DNA from: Flavobacteriales bacterium
Lineage (GTDB): Bacteria; Bacteroidota; Bacteroidia; Flavobacteriales_F; PHOS-HE28
Length of the DNA: 64,000 bases
Direction of reading: 5' to 3'
Assembly (NCBI GenBank): GCA_017987115.1
Contig: JAGNUG010000005.1
Span: 669 to 64,668, forward strand
Of the stretch, positions 22,623-32,471 are shown piece by piece (position 1 is the stretch's first letter; every line of letters starts with the position of its first letter). Both the position numbers and the translations under genes were made by a program. The notes below the pieces were generated by a model that was given only the letters and a program-made list of their open reading frames with translations, was not told the origin of the DNA and did no database searches.

Positions 22623-23168
22623 CTACCACCCGGACCGTTCCTTTAGCCCGGTAATGTGTGCCAAATGATGGTTGCTATGCCACACGTATAGCTCCAAAGC
22701 CTCGCTCAACGCGATCTCGCGGTGCTGTTCCGGGTGCACAAAGACGTTATTGAACTCTGAAGGGGTCATGTGCTCCAGCAATACGACCCAACGCGCATGC
22801 GTGCCGGCAATGATCTGCAATGACGGTTCAACTGGCATCGTGCGCGCATCGATGTGCTCTGCCCACAAGGCTTCCAGGTATGGCTTTATCACTGGCTTTT
22901 CTTCGGTCAATGCCAATTTGAACCGGTGCATGCTCTGTCCATGGCTATCCGCGATATGGTGCACGAGTTGGCGTACGGTCCAGCCTTCAGGACGGTAGCG
23001 CGTGTCCAGTTGTGCATTGGTCAACTGACCGACTTCATCTCGCAGCAATTCCGGAAAGGTTCTTATCACCTCAATGCAAGCGGCTTTGCGTTCTGCCGAT
23101 TCCGCTTTGGTGCCACGGATGAATTTGCCGATCGGGTATTTTAAAAGTTCGAGTTGGTCGGTGGTCAT
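22623..23168 (-). CDS. DinB/YfiT-family metal-dependent protein
   Basis: 181 aa four-helix DinB_2-like protein with conserved His residues ('LVHHIADSH', 'WHSNHHLAHI'). Confidence 0.75.
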   Translation of the reverse strand: MTTDQLELLKYPIGKFIRGTKAESAERKAACIEVIRTFPELLRDEVGQLTNAQLDTRYRPEGWTVRQLVHHIADSHGQSMHRFKLALTEEKPVIKPYLEALWAEHIDARTMPVEPSLQIIAGTHARWVVLLEHMTPSEFNNVFVHPEQHREIALSEALELYVWHSNHHLAHITGLKERSGW

Positions 23169-23345
23169 GTTATCCCAAAGCTACACCCAACTTTTCTACT
23201 TCTTCACCACATGCTGCAACAGGAACTGCTCAGCATCCAACACTTCGATCTCCGAAAAATGATAGTCGTTGCGGTCGTATGTAATAATGCATTTGCACTT
23301 GGCATCCAGTGCGGAGTAATACTCCAAGCCGCATCAGCTGATCAC

Positions 23346-23582
23346 CACATCAGCAAATCAGCTAATCCTCTCTCCCCCTACCACTGCATCCCCTGATCTT
23401 GTTGCATACGCTGCATCATCGCTTGCATCTTACCCTTGTCGCCCATCCACATCAGCTGATCAACACATCAGCTAATCAACACATCAGCAAATCAGCTAAT
23501 CCACTCTCCCCCTACCGCCGCATCCCCTGCGCCTGCTGCATACGCTGCATCATCGCTTGCATCTTGCTCTTATCACCCATCA
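23346..23582. repeat. Tandem duplication (~103 bp x2, period 134 bp) of the ffh 3' end plus downstream sequence
   Basis: 23346-23448 and 23480-23582 align (cacatcagcaaatcagctaatcc.ctctccccctacc.c.gcatcccctg...ctgcatacgctgcatcatcgcttgcatctt...). Copy 2 is the real ffh stop region. Copy 1 would encode ...MQAMMQRMQQDQGMQW*. Confidence 0.8.
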
Positions 23583-24852
23583 TCTTCATCATCTTGCGGG
23601 TCTCTTCGAACTGCTTCATGAGCTTGTTCACCTCGGGTACGTTGGTACCACTGCCGGTCGCGATCCGTTGCCTGCGAGAGCCATTAATGATCGATGGATT
23701 CTTGCGCTCGTCCGGCGTCATGCTGTTGATGATCGCTTCGATCCCTTTGAACGCATCGTCGGGTATGTCCATGTTCTTCATGGCCTTGCCCACACCGGGG
23801 ATCATGCCCATCAGGTCCTTCATGTTACCCATCTTCTTGATCTGCCCGATCTGGTCCAGGAAGTCATCGAAACCGAACTGATCCTTTGCGATCTTCTTGT
23901 TCAGTTCACGGGCTGCCTTTTCATCGAACTGGTCCTGCGCACGCTCTACCAAGGATACCACGTCGCCCATGCCCAGGATCCTGCCGGCCATACGGTCCGG
24001 GTGGAACTCGTCGATGGCTTCCATCTTTTCACCGGTACCGATGAATTTGATCGGTTTATCCACCACACTGCGTATGCTCAAAGCGGCACCACCGCGCGCA
24101 TCGCCATCCAATTTGGTGAGCACCACGCCGTCGATGTTCAAGCGCTCGTTAAAGGCTTTTGCTGTGTTCACCGCGTCCTGCCCGGTCATGGCATCCACCA
24201 CGAACAAGGTTTCTTGTGGATTGATGGCTTTTTTCACACGCGCGATCTCATCCATCATGGCCTCATCGATCGCCAAACGACCGGCGGTATCAATGATCAC
24301 CAAGGTGTGCCCGTGTGTTTTGGCGTAGGCAATACCCTTCTCCGCAATGCTTACTGGGTTCTTGTTCTCGCGATCGCTGAATACTTCGATCTCCAGTTGC
24401 TTGCCCAGCGTTTCCAACTGGTCAATAGCCGCAGGACGGTAAACGTCGCACGCCACCATCAACGGCTTGCGACCTTTTTTCTTCAGGTGGTTCGCAAGCT
24501 TACCGGTAAAGGTGGTCTTACCCGATCCTTGCAGACCGCTCATAAGTATCACCGTTGGGTTACCGCTCAGGTTGATGCCAGCGCTTTGGCCGCCCATCAA
24601 CTCAGCCAATTCATCCTGTGCCAGTTTTATCAGTAGCTGTCCAGGGCTAATACTGGTCAACACATTCTGGCCCAAAGCCCTTTCCTTTAGTCGATCGGAA
24701 AATTCCTTGGCGGTCTTGAAGTTCACGTCGGCATCCAGAAGCGCACGTCGCACTTCCTTCATGGTCTCGGCAACGTTGATCTCCGTTACTTTCCCTTGGC
24801 CTTTTAATACTTTGAACGCTCTTTCGAGCTTGTCACTGAGGTTATCGAACAT
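23512..24852 (-). CDS. ffh: Signal recognition particle protein
   Basis: 446 aa. SRP54 GTPase motifs 'GLQGSGKTT', 'DTAGR' and 'TKLDG', with a Met-rich M-domain tail. Confidence 0.95.
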   Translation of the reverse strand: MFDNLSDKLERAFKVLKGQGKVTEINVAETMKEVRRALLDADVNFKTAKEFSDRLKERALGQNVLTSISPGQLLIKLAQDELAELMGGQSAGINLSGNPTVILMSGLQGSGKTTFTGKLANHLKKKGRKPLMVACDVYRPAAIDQLETLGKQLEIEVFSDRENKNPVSIAEKGIAYAKTHGHTLVIIDTAGRLAIDEAMMDEIARVKKAINPQETLFVVDAMTGQDAVNTAKAFNERLNIDGVVLTKLDGDARGGAALSIRSVVDKPIKFIGTGEKMEAIDEFHPDRMAGRILGMGDVVSLVERAQDQFDEKAARELNKKIAKDQFGFDDFLDQIGQIKKMGNMKDLMGMIPGVGKAMKNMDIPDDAFKGIEAIINSMTPDERKNPSIINGSRRQRIATGSGTNVPEVNKLMKQFEETRKMMKMMGDKSKMQAMMQRMQQAQGMRR

Positions 24853-24939
24853 GTGCTTGCTGTGCTGAAGATCGCGAAGGTACGGAGCGGAATAGGTGTT
24901 GACCCATACGTTCGATACGAGATTGAACGTTCTACCTAC

Positions 24940-25062
24940 ATGAAACGCCTCGCGATCCTATTCACCCTTTTACTCTTCTTGGCTTCGTGCGCATCTACCC
25001 GGACCACTGCGCGCAAATGCAATGGCAAACGTGGTGTACGCACTCCGATGGGGTTGATGTGA
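24940..25062 (+). CDS. Small lipoprotein (40 aa)
   Basis: MKRLAILFTLLLFLASC... lipobox. Its last 72 nt are repeated perfectly at 26522-26593. Confidence 0.4.
   Translation: MKRLAILFTLLLFLASCASTRTTARKCNGKRGVRTPMGLM
24991..25062 (+). repeat. 72-bp perfect direct repeat, copy 1
   Basis: gcatctacccggaccactgcgcgcaaatgcaatggcaaacgtggtgtacgcactccgatggggttgatgtga is identical to 26522-26593. Confidence 0.9.
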
Positions 25063-25102
25063 GCATGCTTGTCTATCCGGAACATCCCTATATATTTGAT
25101 GC

Positions 25103-26515
25103 ATGGCTAGGGTATATATCCTCTTTGTTGTTTTCTTCGGTTCGGCTTTTTTATTGAACGGTCAGATAATGTTCGAACGCACCTACGGCGGACCTTCTGC
25201 CGATATAGGGTTTTGCGTTCAACAAACTCTGGATGACGGTTACGCGCTTTTCGGTATAACTCAAAATAACACAAGTGGTTTCCAGGATATGTACTTGATC
25301 AAGACGGACGAATACGGTGACACCTTATGGTCGCATACATACGGCACTGTGAACATGGATATGGGATATAGCGCCGATGAAACAAGCGACGGTGGATTCA
25401 TCCTGGCCGGCATGTTCGGTGGATTCGGTACCGACACGCTTACTTTGATACGTGTGGACCAGAACGGTGATCCTATTTGGACGGGTCAATTCCCGGGTAC
25501 GCTTGGCCGTGATATTGGTTTTTCCGTACTGGAGACAAGTGACGGTGGTTTTGCGGTTTGCGGTTTTACACAAGGCATTTCAGGTGAAGATGTCTATTTG
25601 GTTCGTACAGATGCCAATGGGAACGAACTTTGGAGCCACACCGTTGATCTGGGGGGTAGTGAAGTTGGCTGGGCAATGGAACAGACCCAAGATGATGGAT
25701 TCATTGTGTTGGCGAACAGTTATCTCTTCGCAGACTCGACAGGTGATGTGCATCTGATCCGGTTCGCAGCCAATGGTGACAGCCTTTGGACGAAGACATT
25801 TTTTGTACCCGGACCAGATGAATCGCATGGTCTTACAATGACCGCTGATGGTGGATTTGTCATTGTTGGCGGTAACGGATACCCATCTCGTGACCTGTTG
25901 ATCATAAAGGCCGATCAGGACGGAAACGAGCTTTGGCGCCATGTGGATGCAACGCAAGAAGACGATCTCGGTATGGATGTGAAGGAAATGGTAAATGGAG
26001 ACCTGATCATTGCTGGTAGGAGGGAGAATATCACCACTACAGCAATAGAAACGTATTTGGTGTGTACTGATGGGACCGGTGCTGGGCTTTGGAACCGATC
26101 CTATTCGCATGGTATTTTTAGTGAGTGTAACTCTTTGGATGTTACTAGCGACGGTGGGTTTGTACTATTTGGATCTACATCTGATACGCTGAACGGATCG
26201 TTACTGATCGACATGTTACTTATAAAAACGGATGGGGCAGGATACACGTATGTTGAACGGATCGCAGATGCTGCAGAGCCGATCGTTTTGTATCCCAATC
26301 CGGCTAATAGCACGGTGTGGATCGAACCGGGAACATTGCACCCCGGGCAGGTTTCAGTAGTTGATGCCAGTGGTAAACAATTACTACATCAATATCTGAA
26401 CGGTGTTTCACCTTCGTCATTGGATCTGGGCTCGTTGACGAGCGGCAGTTATTGGGCTGTATTCACATTGGAGAATGGAGGTTCTATTGGCCAGGCTTTC
26501 GTGATCGCGAAATAA
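25103..26515 (+). CDS. T9SS-sorted secreted protein with beta-propeller-like 'DGGF' repeats
   Basis: 470 aa with a signal peptide. About 7 repeats of 'T.DGGF...G......D..L.k.D..G...W'. The C-terminal 'LYPNPANSTVWIE...' is a type A T9SS sorting domain. Confidence 0.75.
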   Translation: MARVYILFVVFFGSAFLLNGQIMFERTYGGPSADIGFCVQQTLDDGYALFGITQNNTSGFQDMYLIKTDEYGDTLWSHTYGTVNMDMGYSADETSDGGFILAGMFGGFGTDTLTLIRVDQNGDPIWTGQFPGTLGRDIGFSVLETSDGGFAVCGFTQGISGEDVYLVRTDANGNELWSHTVDLGGSEVGWAMEQTQDDGFIVLANSYLFADSTGDVHLIRFAANGDSLWTKTFFVPGPDESHGLTMTADGGFVIVGGNGYPSRDLLIIKADQDGNELWRHVDATQEDDLGMDVKEMVNGDLIIAGRRENITTTAIETYLVCTDGTGAGLWNRSYSHGIFSECNSLDVTSDGGFVLFGSTSDTLNGSLLIDMLLIKTDGAGYTYVERIADAAEPIVLYPNPANSTVWIEPGTLHPGQVSVVDASGKQLLHQYLNGVSPSSLDLGSLTSGSYWAVFTLENGGSIGQAFVIAK

Positions 26516-26521
26516 CGGATC

Positions 26522-26593
26522 GCATCTACCCGGACCACTGCGCGCAAATGCAATGGCAAACGTGGTGTACGCACTCCGATGGGGTTGATGTGA
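26522..26593 (+). repeat. 72-bp perfect direct repeat, copy 2
   Basis: Identical to 24991-25062. Starts 6 nt after the stop of the 470-aa gene and lies in its reading frame. Confidence 0.9.
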
Positions 26594-26654
26594 TAGTGTG
26601 TGCGGATCAAGTTCCCATTCGAGAGATCTATGTTTGTGGTTAATTCAAGCATGG

Positions 26655-27902
26655 ATGAAACGTCTACTTTTCTTTGTTCTGGTTGCTCTGGTCGGCTCCG
26701 TTCAGGCCCAACAGACCCGGGTTCTCTTTCTAGGCAACAGCTATACCGCATTCAACAGCTTGCCGAGCCTAACACGTCTATTGGCGCTCTCATTAGGCGA
26801 TACAATGGTGGTAAGTAGTAGCATGCCGGGTGGTTACACCTTCAATGATCACACTACGAATGCCGTTTCGATGGCAGCGATCCAGGAAGGGAACTGGGAT
26901 TTTGTGGTGCTACAGGAGCAAAGCCAGCTCCCCTCCTTTCCTCCTTCCCAAGTTGATGTGGAATCACGGCCATATGCGCAAGCACTGGTCGATAGCATAC
27001 GCGCCTATTCACCATGTGCTGAACCTGTTTTTTACATGACCTGGGGGCGGCAGAATGGTGATGCTGCCAATTGTGCGTCCTGGCCTCCTGTCTGCACGTA
27101 TGAGGGTATGCAGGATAGATTGCGCCAAACGTATTTGAGCTATGCAGAGGAGAACCAAGCTTGGTGCGCACCAGTTGGGGCTGCTTGGGCACAGGTCAGA
27201 GAGCAGTATCCGTTGATCAATTTATATAACGCCGATGGCAGTCACCCGAGTGTCGAGGGATCATACCTCGCTGCCTGCACCATATACAGCACGATATACG
27301 GAGCGTCTTCACTTGGCGCCTCTTATTATGTGTCGGTGGATACGAATACAGCTGGCATTTTACAAGAGATCGCAAGCACATTAGTACTTGATAGCGCAGC
27401 TACGTGGAATATTGGAGCAAGTGACCCAACAGCGATCGGGTCGGCCATGACCAACAATGGGCTGGATGTACAGTTCTCAAATGCTTCGACGAACGCGGAC
27501 AGTCATTTTTGGGATCTAGGCGATGGTTCAACTTCCACCGAAAGTGCGTTCACACATTCCTACGCTGCAACTGGGCCCTATTCGGTGGTCTATACGGTCA
27601 TGGATCCCTGCGGCCGCACCGATACGGATACATTGCAGGTGAACGTGGTCGTTTCTGCGATCGAGGAGAACCTTGCCGGTCAACTGTCCATTACCTCGAA
27701 TGGATCGGCGCTGATCGTAAAGAGCAATGGAGAAGCAGGTATTTTCCAGGTCTTCGATACCTCCGGTAAGCTGATGAATTCGATCAACGTATTAGCTGGT
27801 GGAACGATGACCGTTCCATTGAGGAATTCCGGGAATTATTTGTGGAAGTTCACGTCTATGAATGGCGATTGCTCCGGAGGGAAAGTGGCGTCGTCTCACT
27901 AG
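26655..27902 (+). CDS. Secreted SGNH/GDSL-like hydrolase-fold protein with PKD domain and T9SS C-terminal domain
   Basis: 415 aa from ATG 26655. Signal peptide, then 'RVLFLGNSYT' (GDS-like block), 'DGSHPS', a PKD-like 'FWDLGDGSTS...YTVMDPCG', and a C-terminal sorting-like domain. Confidence 0.7.
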   Translation: MKRLLFFVLVALVGSVQAQQTRVLFLGNSYTAFNSLPSLTRLLALSLGDTMVVSSSMPGGYTFNDHTTNAVSMAAIQEGNWDFVVLQEQSQLPSFPPSQVDVESRPYAQALVDSIRAYSPCAEPVFYMTWGRQNGDAANCASWPPVCTYEGMQDRLRQTYLSYAEENQAWCAPVGAAWAQVREQYPLINLYNADGSHPSVEGSYLAACTIYSTIYGASSLGASYYVSVDTNTAGILQEIASTLVLDSAATWNIGASDPTAIGSAMTNNGLDVQFSNASTNADSHFWDLGDGSTSTESAFTHSYAATGPYSVVYTVMDPCGRTDTDTLQVNVVVSAIEENLAGQLSITSNGSALIVKSNGEAGIFQVFDTSGKLMNSINVLAGGTMTVPLRNSGNYLWKFTSMNGDCSGGKVASSH

Positions 27903-27986
27903 TGGTCCGCGTCGAATACTATACCCCCATTCACATAAGTGCGGCACAGGTGCACGTCATTGACCAGTTACGATAATGTTACGTGA

Positions 27987-28778
27987 TCACTTCACGTCGT
28001 TCAGCTTCCAATCATAGTCCAAATACGTCACCTTGGCATTTTGATCGATCTTGGTGGTGCTGTATTTATTCAGATATTGAACAAGCGTCCCTTCCTTCGT
28101 AAAGTCTCCACCGAACCAATCGAAGATGGCACTTAGGTCAGCAGCGGAGGCTGTGATCTTATTGTACCGATCGGAATTGATGAAGGTCTTGGCCTGGTCG
28201 GCAAGCTGCTGCTCAAGCTTGTCAGCAGTATAGGCTTCATTCCTCAAAGGTGGGCAAGAAATGCTGGCACAATTGATGGCAAAATGGATGCGCGGGTCAC
28301 CCATTTTACGCAAGATCTCATGCTCAACATCATTCAAGCTTAGCTCCTTATCGCCTACCATGAATTTTGTAGCATGCCATACCGAATTTACTCCGGGGAT
28401 GCTGACCTTAGGTTCTAGGTCGCGGATGCTTTCGACCGGGTAGTTATCCACGATCAATTTTACTGTTTGGGCATTGTACAGATTGATGTAATACGCCAGC
28501 TTCTCTTGTTTGGTCCATTCGTCCCTAGGGGCCATATTCTTGAGCAACACACAATAAAGATCGATCTTGGCCTTGTCCTTCAACATACCCTTGTAATCGA
28601 CCACCGGCCCTTTAACATGGGCTCTTAACAACAGGTCCCATGTCTCATGCACACCAGCCGGAGCTGATGCTGCGGATACGATCGTTCCTTGCTCGTCCGT
28701 ATAGTTCGTGGTTGATGTGGCAGGTTGTTGGCAGCTCAATAACCCTGCTGTAAGTAAAGCTGAAACTAGGTAGATCAT
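27987..28778 (-). CDS. DUF547 domain lipoprotein
   Basis: 263 aa. 'YINLYNAQTV', 'HFAINCASISCPPL' and 'FDWFGGDF' are typical DUF547 blocks. Lipobox 'TAGLLSC'. Confidence 0.8.
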   Translation of the reverse strand: MIYLVSALLTAGLLSCQQPATSTTNYTDEQGTIVSAASAPAGVHETWDLLLRAHVKGPVVDYKGMLKDKAKIDLYCVLLKNMAPRDEWTKQEKLAYYINLYNAQTVKLIVDNYPVESIRDLEPKVSIPGVNSVWHATKFMVGDKELSLNDVEHEILRKMGDPRIHFAINCASISCPPLRNEAYTADKLEQQLADQAKTFINSDRYNKITASAADLSAIFDWFGGDFTKEGTLVQYLNKYSTTKIDQNAKVTYLDYDWKLNDVK

Positions 28779-28919
28779 TTTATGATTTTGACGAGTCTGA
28801 TGGAACTTTTGTGTTCAAGTATGGACATTGCAAAGGTCGTTCCGTTGTCATAACCTGACGTTCATTGCAGTGATCCATGGTGCTTATGTTCAATTCGAAC
28901 AGTTCAATATTTTCCGTTG

Positions 28920-29258
28920 ATGCTTACCTTTATGGTCATGGGCCGAACACATACGTATGACACGCTGGTCGGAGCTGTAAATGACCTACAAAGGCGAGGG
29001 TATTCCGATGATATTCAACCTGTTGAGAACTGTCTCTTTTGTGCTCCTAAAGATGTAAGGATGGATCTGAAGGACCTTCGGATCGATGAATTCCATCGGT
29101 TCGAGGGCGAAACAAACCCGAGTGATGAAAGCATTGTTTATGCCATCAGTTCAGCAAAGCACGGGGTCAAAGGGATCCTGATCAGTGCTTTCGGGCCCGA
29201 TGCGTCTGCAGCAGTGCAGAAATTGGTCGCTAAGTTGGATACGCATCCTGACCAATAA
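28920..29258 (+). CDS. Conserved hypothetical protein
   Basis: 112 aa. '...LQRRGYSDDI...EFHRFEGETNPSDESIVYAI' resembles a small family common in Bacteroidota. Confidence 0.6.
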   Translation: MLTFMVMGRTHTYDTLVGAVNDLQRRGYSDDIQPVENCLFCAPKDVRMDLKDLRIDEFHRFEGETNPSDESIVYAISSAKHGVKGILISAFGPDASAAVQKLVAKLDTHPDQ

Positions 29259-29542
29259 CGAAAGTATACCTCGGAGGAACTTTGCCATGATCCATGGGCA
29301 AATTGATTTCAACTACCTTTGCGCCGTTCTAGAATACTAGGACATACCCCAAGCGCCCTGCTTTCATTGTTGGCAAAACCAACTACAGATCTGTCCAAGG
29401 CGCCATCCCCAGCGGATCATTGCACGCCGGACAAGAAGTAAAAGGGGCATTTATCAACCACACTTTCAACGGTGTTGAACAGGGACAATGACCTGTAAAC
29501 ACCAATTTATTCCCGCGCTGGGATTCCTTTGCGCATGTACAT

Positions 29543-31300
29543 ATGGAACGTACTTCGTTCAACGACCTTGGGCTTATAGAGCCCATCCTCAAAGCTCTTC
29601 AAGAAGAAGGCTACACACACCCTACTCCGATCCAGGAACAAGCAATACCGCACCTAACGAAAGGTCGTGATCTGCTGGGTTGTGCCCAAACAGGCACTGG
29701 GAAAACGGCTGCTTTTGCTATTCCCATCCTGCAAGAGATGCATGAGAAAGGCACCTCTGACAACAAGCGGCATATCCGCACGCTTATCCTAACACCTACA
29801 CGCGAGCTGGCCATTCAGATCGGGGAAAGCTTCTCAGCTTACGGTAGACACTTGAAACTGAAACACACTGTGATCTTCGGTGGTGTAGGCCAAAAGCCAC
29901 AGACCGATGCTCTGCACCGTGGTGTGGATACGGTGATTGCCACTCCAGGACGATTGCTCGATCTGATGACCCAAGGCTTTATCCATCTGGAGAAGCTGGA
30001 AATATTCGTACTCGATGAAGCAGATCGCATGTTGGACATGGGCTTTATTCATGATGTGAAGAAGGTTATCGCCAAATTGCCGAAGAAGCGCCAAACCTTG
30101 TTCTTCAGTGCCACAATGCCCACCGAGATCGCCAAACTGGCGAACAGTATTCTCACCGATCCGATCAAAGTTGAAGTCGCTCCTGTAAGTAGCACTGCGG
30201 AGACCATTGATCAATCACTTTTCTATGTTGACCGCACGGACAAGAACAAATTGCTTGTTCACTTATTGGAGGGTGATACGATCAAAGAGGCATTGATCTT
30301 TACACGTACAAAGCATGGTGCGAACAAGGTGGCAAAGGTCCTGATCGCCGCCGGGCACGGAGCCGAGGCCATTCACGGTAATAAGAGCCAGACCGCAAGA
30401 CAGAATGCGCTGAAGAATTTCAAAGAAGGGAAGATCCGAGCGTTGGTAGCAACTGATATTGCGGCGCGCGGGATCGATATAGATGGATTAAGCCATGTGA
30501 TCAATTTCGACATTCCGAACATTCCAGAGACATACGTACACCGAATTGGACGTACCGGACGTGCCGGAGCATCGGGCAAGGCACTCTCCTTCTGTGATCA
30601 TGAAGAAAAGGCGTATCTCCGCGATATTACCCGTTTGATCAAACGGGATATTCCTGAAGCCAAGGAGCATCCATTTCCGATGATCGGCGGACCGAAGAAG
30701 GCGGAGAAAGAAGTGCGTGAACCTCGCCAACCACGTGGACCGGGCAGATCCGGAGGGCCTAAGCCTCAAGGCCAGCGGAATGACCGCAATGAGCGCAACC
30801 CGAGACCCGAGCGACCTGCAACTGGCGAAAGCAGACCAGCACGCAACCCTCGCGGTCGTAGACCAGAGCGAAATGGACAAGATCGACCACAGGGTGAACG
30901 TTCAATTGAGCGCGCATCACGGCCAGAAGGCAAACGCAGGCCGCAACACCAGCGCGGACCTCGCCCGGAACGTGCCCCGCATAACGAAGGCGAGCGCGAC
31001 AAGCGTCCGGAACATGCACCACGCAACGCAGGTGACCGACCCGAAAGAGCAGCGATAGCGCGTCCTGGAAGAAACGACCGAGGACCCCAAAGAGATGGGG
31101 GTCGCGGACCGCGACCAGAGCGTAATGATAACAGCAACGCTCCTGTGAAGGAGCAAAATGCACCTGTGGCTCCTATCCTGACTAAACCGGATTACGGTCA
31201 ACTTAGCAAGGATCTGTTCGGTGAGGACATTACCAAACCCATGAAAAAGAGGGATGATAAGAAAGGCGGACTGCGCAGTTGGTTCGGTAAGAAGAAGTAA
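29543..31300 (+). CDS. rhlE: DEAD-box ATP-dependent RNA helicase with a ~200-aa Arg/Pro/Glu-rich tail
   Basis: 585 aa. Motifs 'AQTGTGKT', 'PTRELA', 'DEAD', 'SAT' and 'HRIGRTGR'. Low-complexity C-terminus. 284-nt upstream untranslated region. Confidence 0.9.
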   Translation: MERTSFNDLGLIEPILKALQEEGYTHPTPIQEQAIPHLTKGRDLLGCAQTGTGKTAAFAIPILQEMHEKGTSDNKRHIRTLILTPTRELAIQIGESFSAYGRHLKLKHTVIFGGVGQKPQTDALHRGVDTVIATPGRLLDLMTQGFIHLEKLEIFVLDEADRMLDMGFIHDVKKVIAKLPKKRQTLFFSATMPTEIAKLANSILTDPIKVEVAPVSSTAETIDQSLFYVDRTDKNKLLVHLLEGDTIKEALIFTRTKHGANKVAKVLIAAGHGAEAIHGNKSQTARQNALKNFKEGKIRALVATDIAARGIDIDGLSHVINFDIPNIPETYVHRIGRTGRAGASGKALSFCDHEEKAYLRDITRLIKRDIPEAKEHPFPMIGGPKKAEKEVREPRQPRGPGRSGGPKPQGQRNDRNERNPRPERPATGESRPARNPRGRRPERNGQDRPQGERSIERASRPEGKRRPQHQRGPRPERAPHNEGERDKRPEHAPRNAGDRPERAAIARPGRNDRGPQRDGGRGPRPERNDNSNAPVKEQNAPVAPILTKPDYGQLSKDLFGEDITKPMKKRDDKKGGLRSWFGKKK

Positions 31301-31324
31301 GGGAATTTAGGCTTTATTGAGCTT

Positions 31325-31349
31325 GAAAGCCCGGTAGACCCGGGCTTTC
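31325..31349. terminator. Bidirectional hairpin between convergent genes
   Basis: GAAAGCCCGG-tagac-CCGGGCTTTC: a perfect 10-bp stem. Confidence 0.7.
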
Positions 31350-31375
31350 AAGTTATTCAATGCTGATCCTATACA

Positions 31376-32356
31376 CTAGGCCGCAACTGGTTGCGCCTTC
31401 ACTGCAGCTTCGCGCTCAGCCTTCAACTCTGCTTGTAATTGTTTACTCGTCTTGCCTGTGCCATCATGCCTCCATCCCGGTGGGCCGAAGATGTACATGA
31501 AACGCGCTTTCCATGTAGGGGCTTGTTTCACATCCCGCCATATCTCCTGGAACTCGAACAGATTGTGCGTTAATGCGCTGTAGCTGTCCGGGTCATGACT
31601 GATTCCGAATTTGGCTTTTACTCCCTTGATCGGTTCCTGCCAAGTTCCATAAAGCTTATCCCAGATCACCAGCATGCCACCGTGGTTGCGATCCAGGTAT
31701 TCCGTATTGCTGCTATGGTGCACTACGTGTACGTATGGAGTGTTGAATATCTTCTCATACCAGCCCAAGCTTGGTACCAATTGGGAGTGTAGGAAGAACT
31801 GGTAGAATGAATTGATGATCAATGCCGTAGCGATCATGATCGGCTCGAAGCCGACCAATGGCATCCACATCCAATAGATCGGCTTTACGAAGGTGATGAA
31901 CCACCCGTTCCGGATGCTTATCGTAAGGTTGAACTGACGACCGCTATGATGTGGCAAGTGCGCTGCCCATAATACGCGAACGTTATGCGCAAGCCGATGG
32001 TGCCAATAGAAATTATGGTCATCAGCTACCATGCATGCTATCCAAGCCAGCGCACCGAACCCAAGTGTGGTGTATCCCAAATATTCTTCGCGCAGCGGAG
32101 CAGCCCACCAGAACAAGAACATGTATATTGTTATCTCGAACACATTCGTGATCAAACGAATGATCGTGGCGATCACGCCCATTACGAAACCCGCCCAGCT
32201 CTCGCGTAGGTCGAACAGGTCCTTCGCTCGAAAATACTCGATCAATATCAACGCAATAAAGATCGGATATACATAATACGCACCGATATGTTCGATATCC
32301 AGCACAGGTAGCTGCGCCTTCATATCCATCCACGCTTGTATTGGATTGAATGTCAT
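31376..32356 (-). CDS. Sterol desaturase / fatty-acid hydroxylase family membrane protein
   Basis: 326 aa, multi-TM. His boxes 'HHRLAH', 'HLPHH' and 'HVVHH'. Confidence 0.85.
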   Translation of the reverse strand: MTFNPIQAWMDMKAQLPVLDIEHIGAYYVYPIFIALILIEYFRAKDLFDLRESWAGFVMGVIATIIRLITNVFEITIYMFLFWWAAPLREEYLGYTTLGFGALAWIACMVADDHNFYWHHRLAHNVRVLWAAHLPHHSGRQFNLTISIRNGWFITFVKPIYWMWMPLVGFEPIMIATALIINSFYQFFLHSQLVPSLGWYEKIFNTPYVHVVHHSSNTEYLDRNHGGMLVIWDKLYGTWQEPIKGVKAKFGISHDPDSYSALTHNLFEFQEIWRDVKQAPTWKARFMYIFGPPGWRHDGTGKTSKQLQAELKAEREAAVKAQPVAA

Positions 32357-32471
32357 GTCTTTCTTTTGGGATACGGATATTTTCCGGTCGGCAAAGGTAC
32401 TTTCTATTGAGAAATGAATTGGTCAGGAATATTTTGACCGGGATCACATGTAAACTTCAGAGATTTGCGTC

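Noticed and set aside
23557-24636. 359-aa + strand ORF
   Set aside because: It is entirely antisense to ffh, whose SRP54 motifs are unambiguous, and its His/Leu-rich composition is atypical. The same reasoning applies to 43742-44593 (antisense to ppsA), 25580-26110, 29834-30214, 30488-31201 and 36739-37188.
30700-31300. Arg/Pro/Glu-rich repetitive tail of the DEAD-box helicase as a separate feature or gene
   Set aside because: It is continuous with the helicase ORF. Such basic low-complexity tails are common in RhlE-type helicases.
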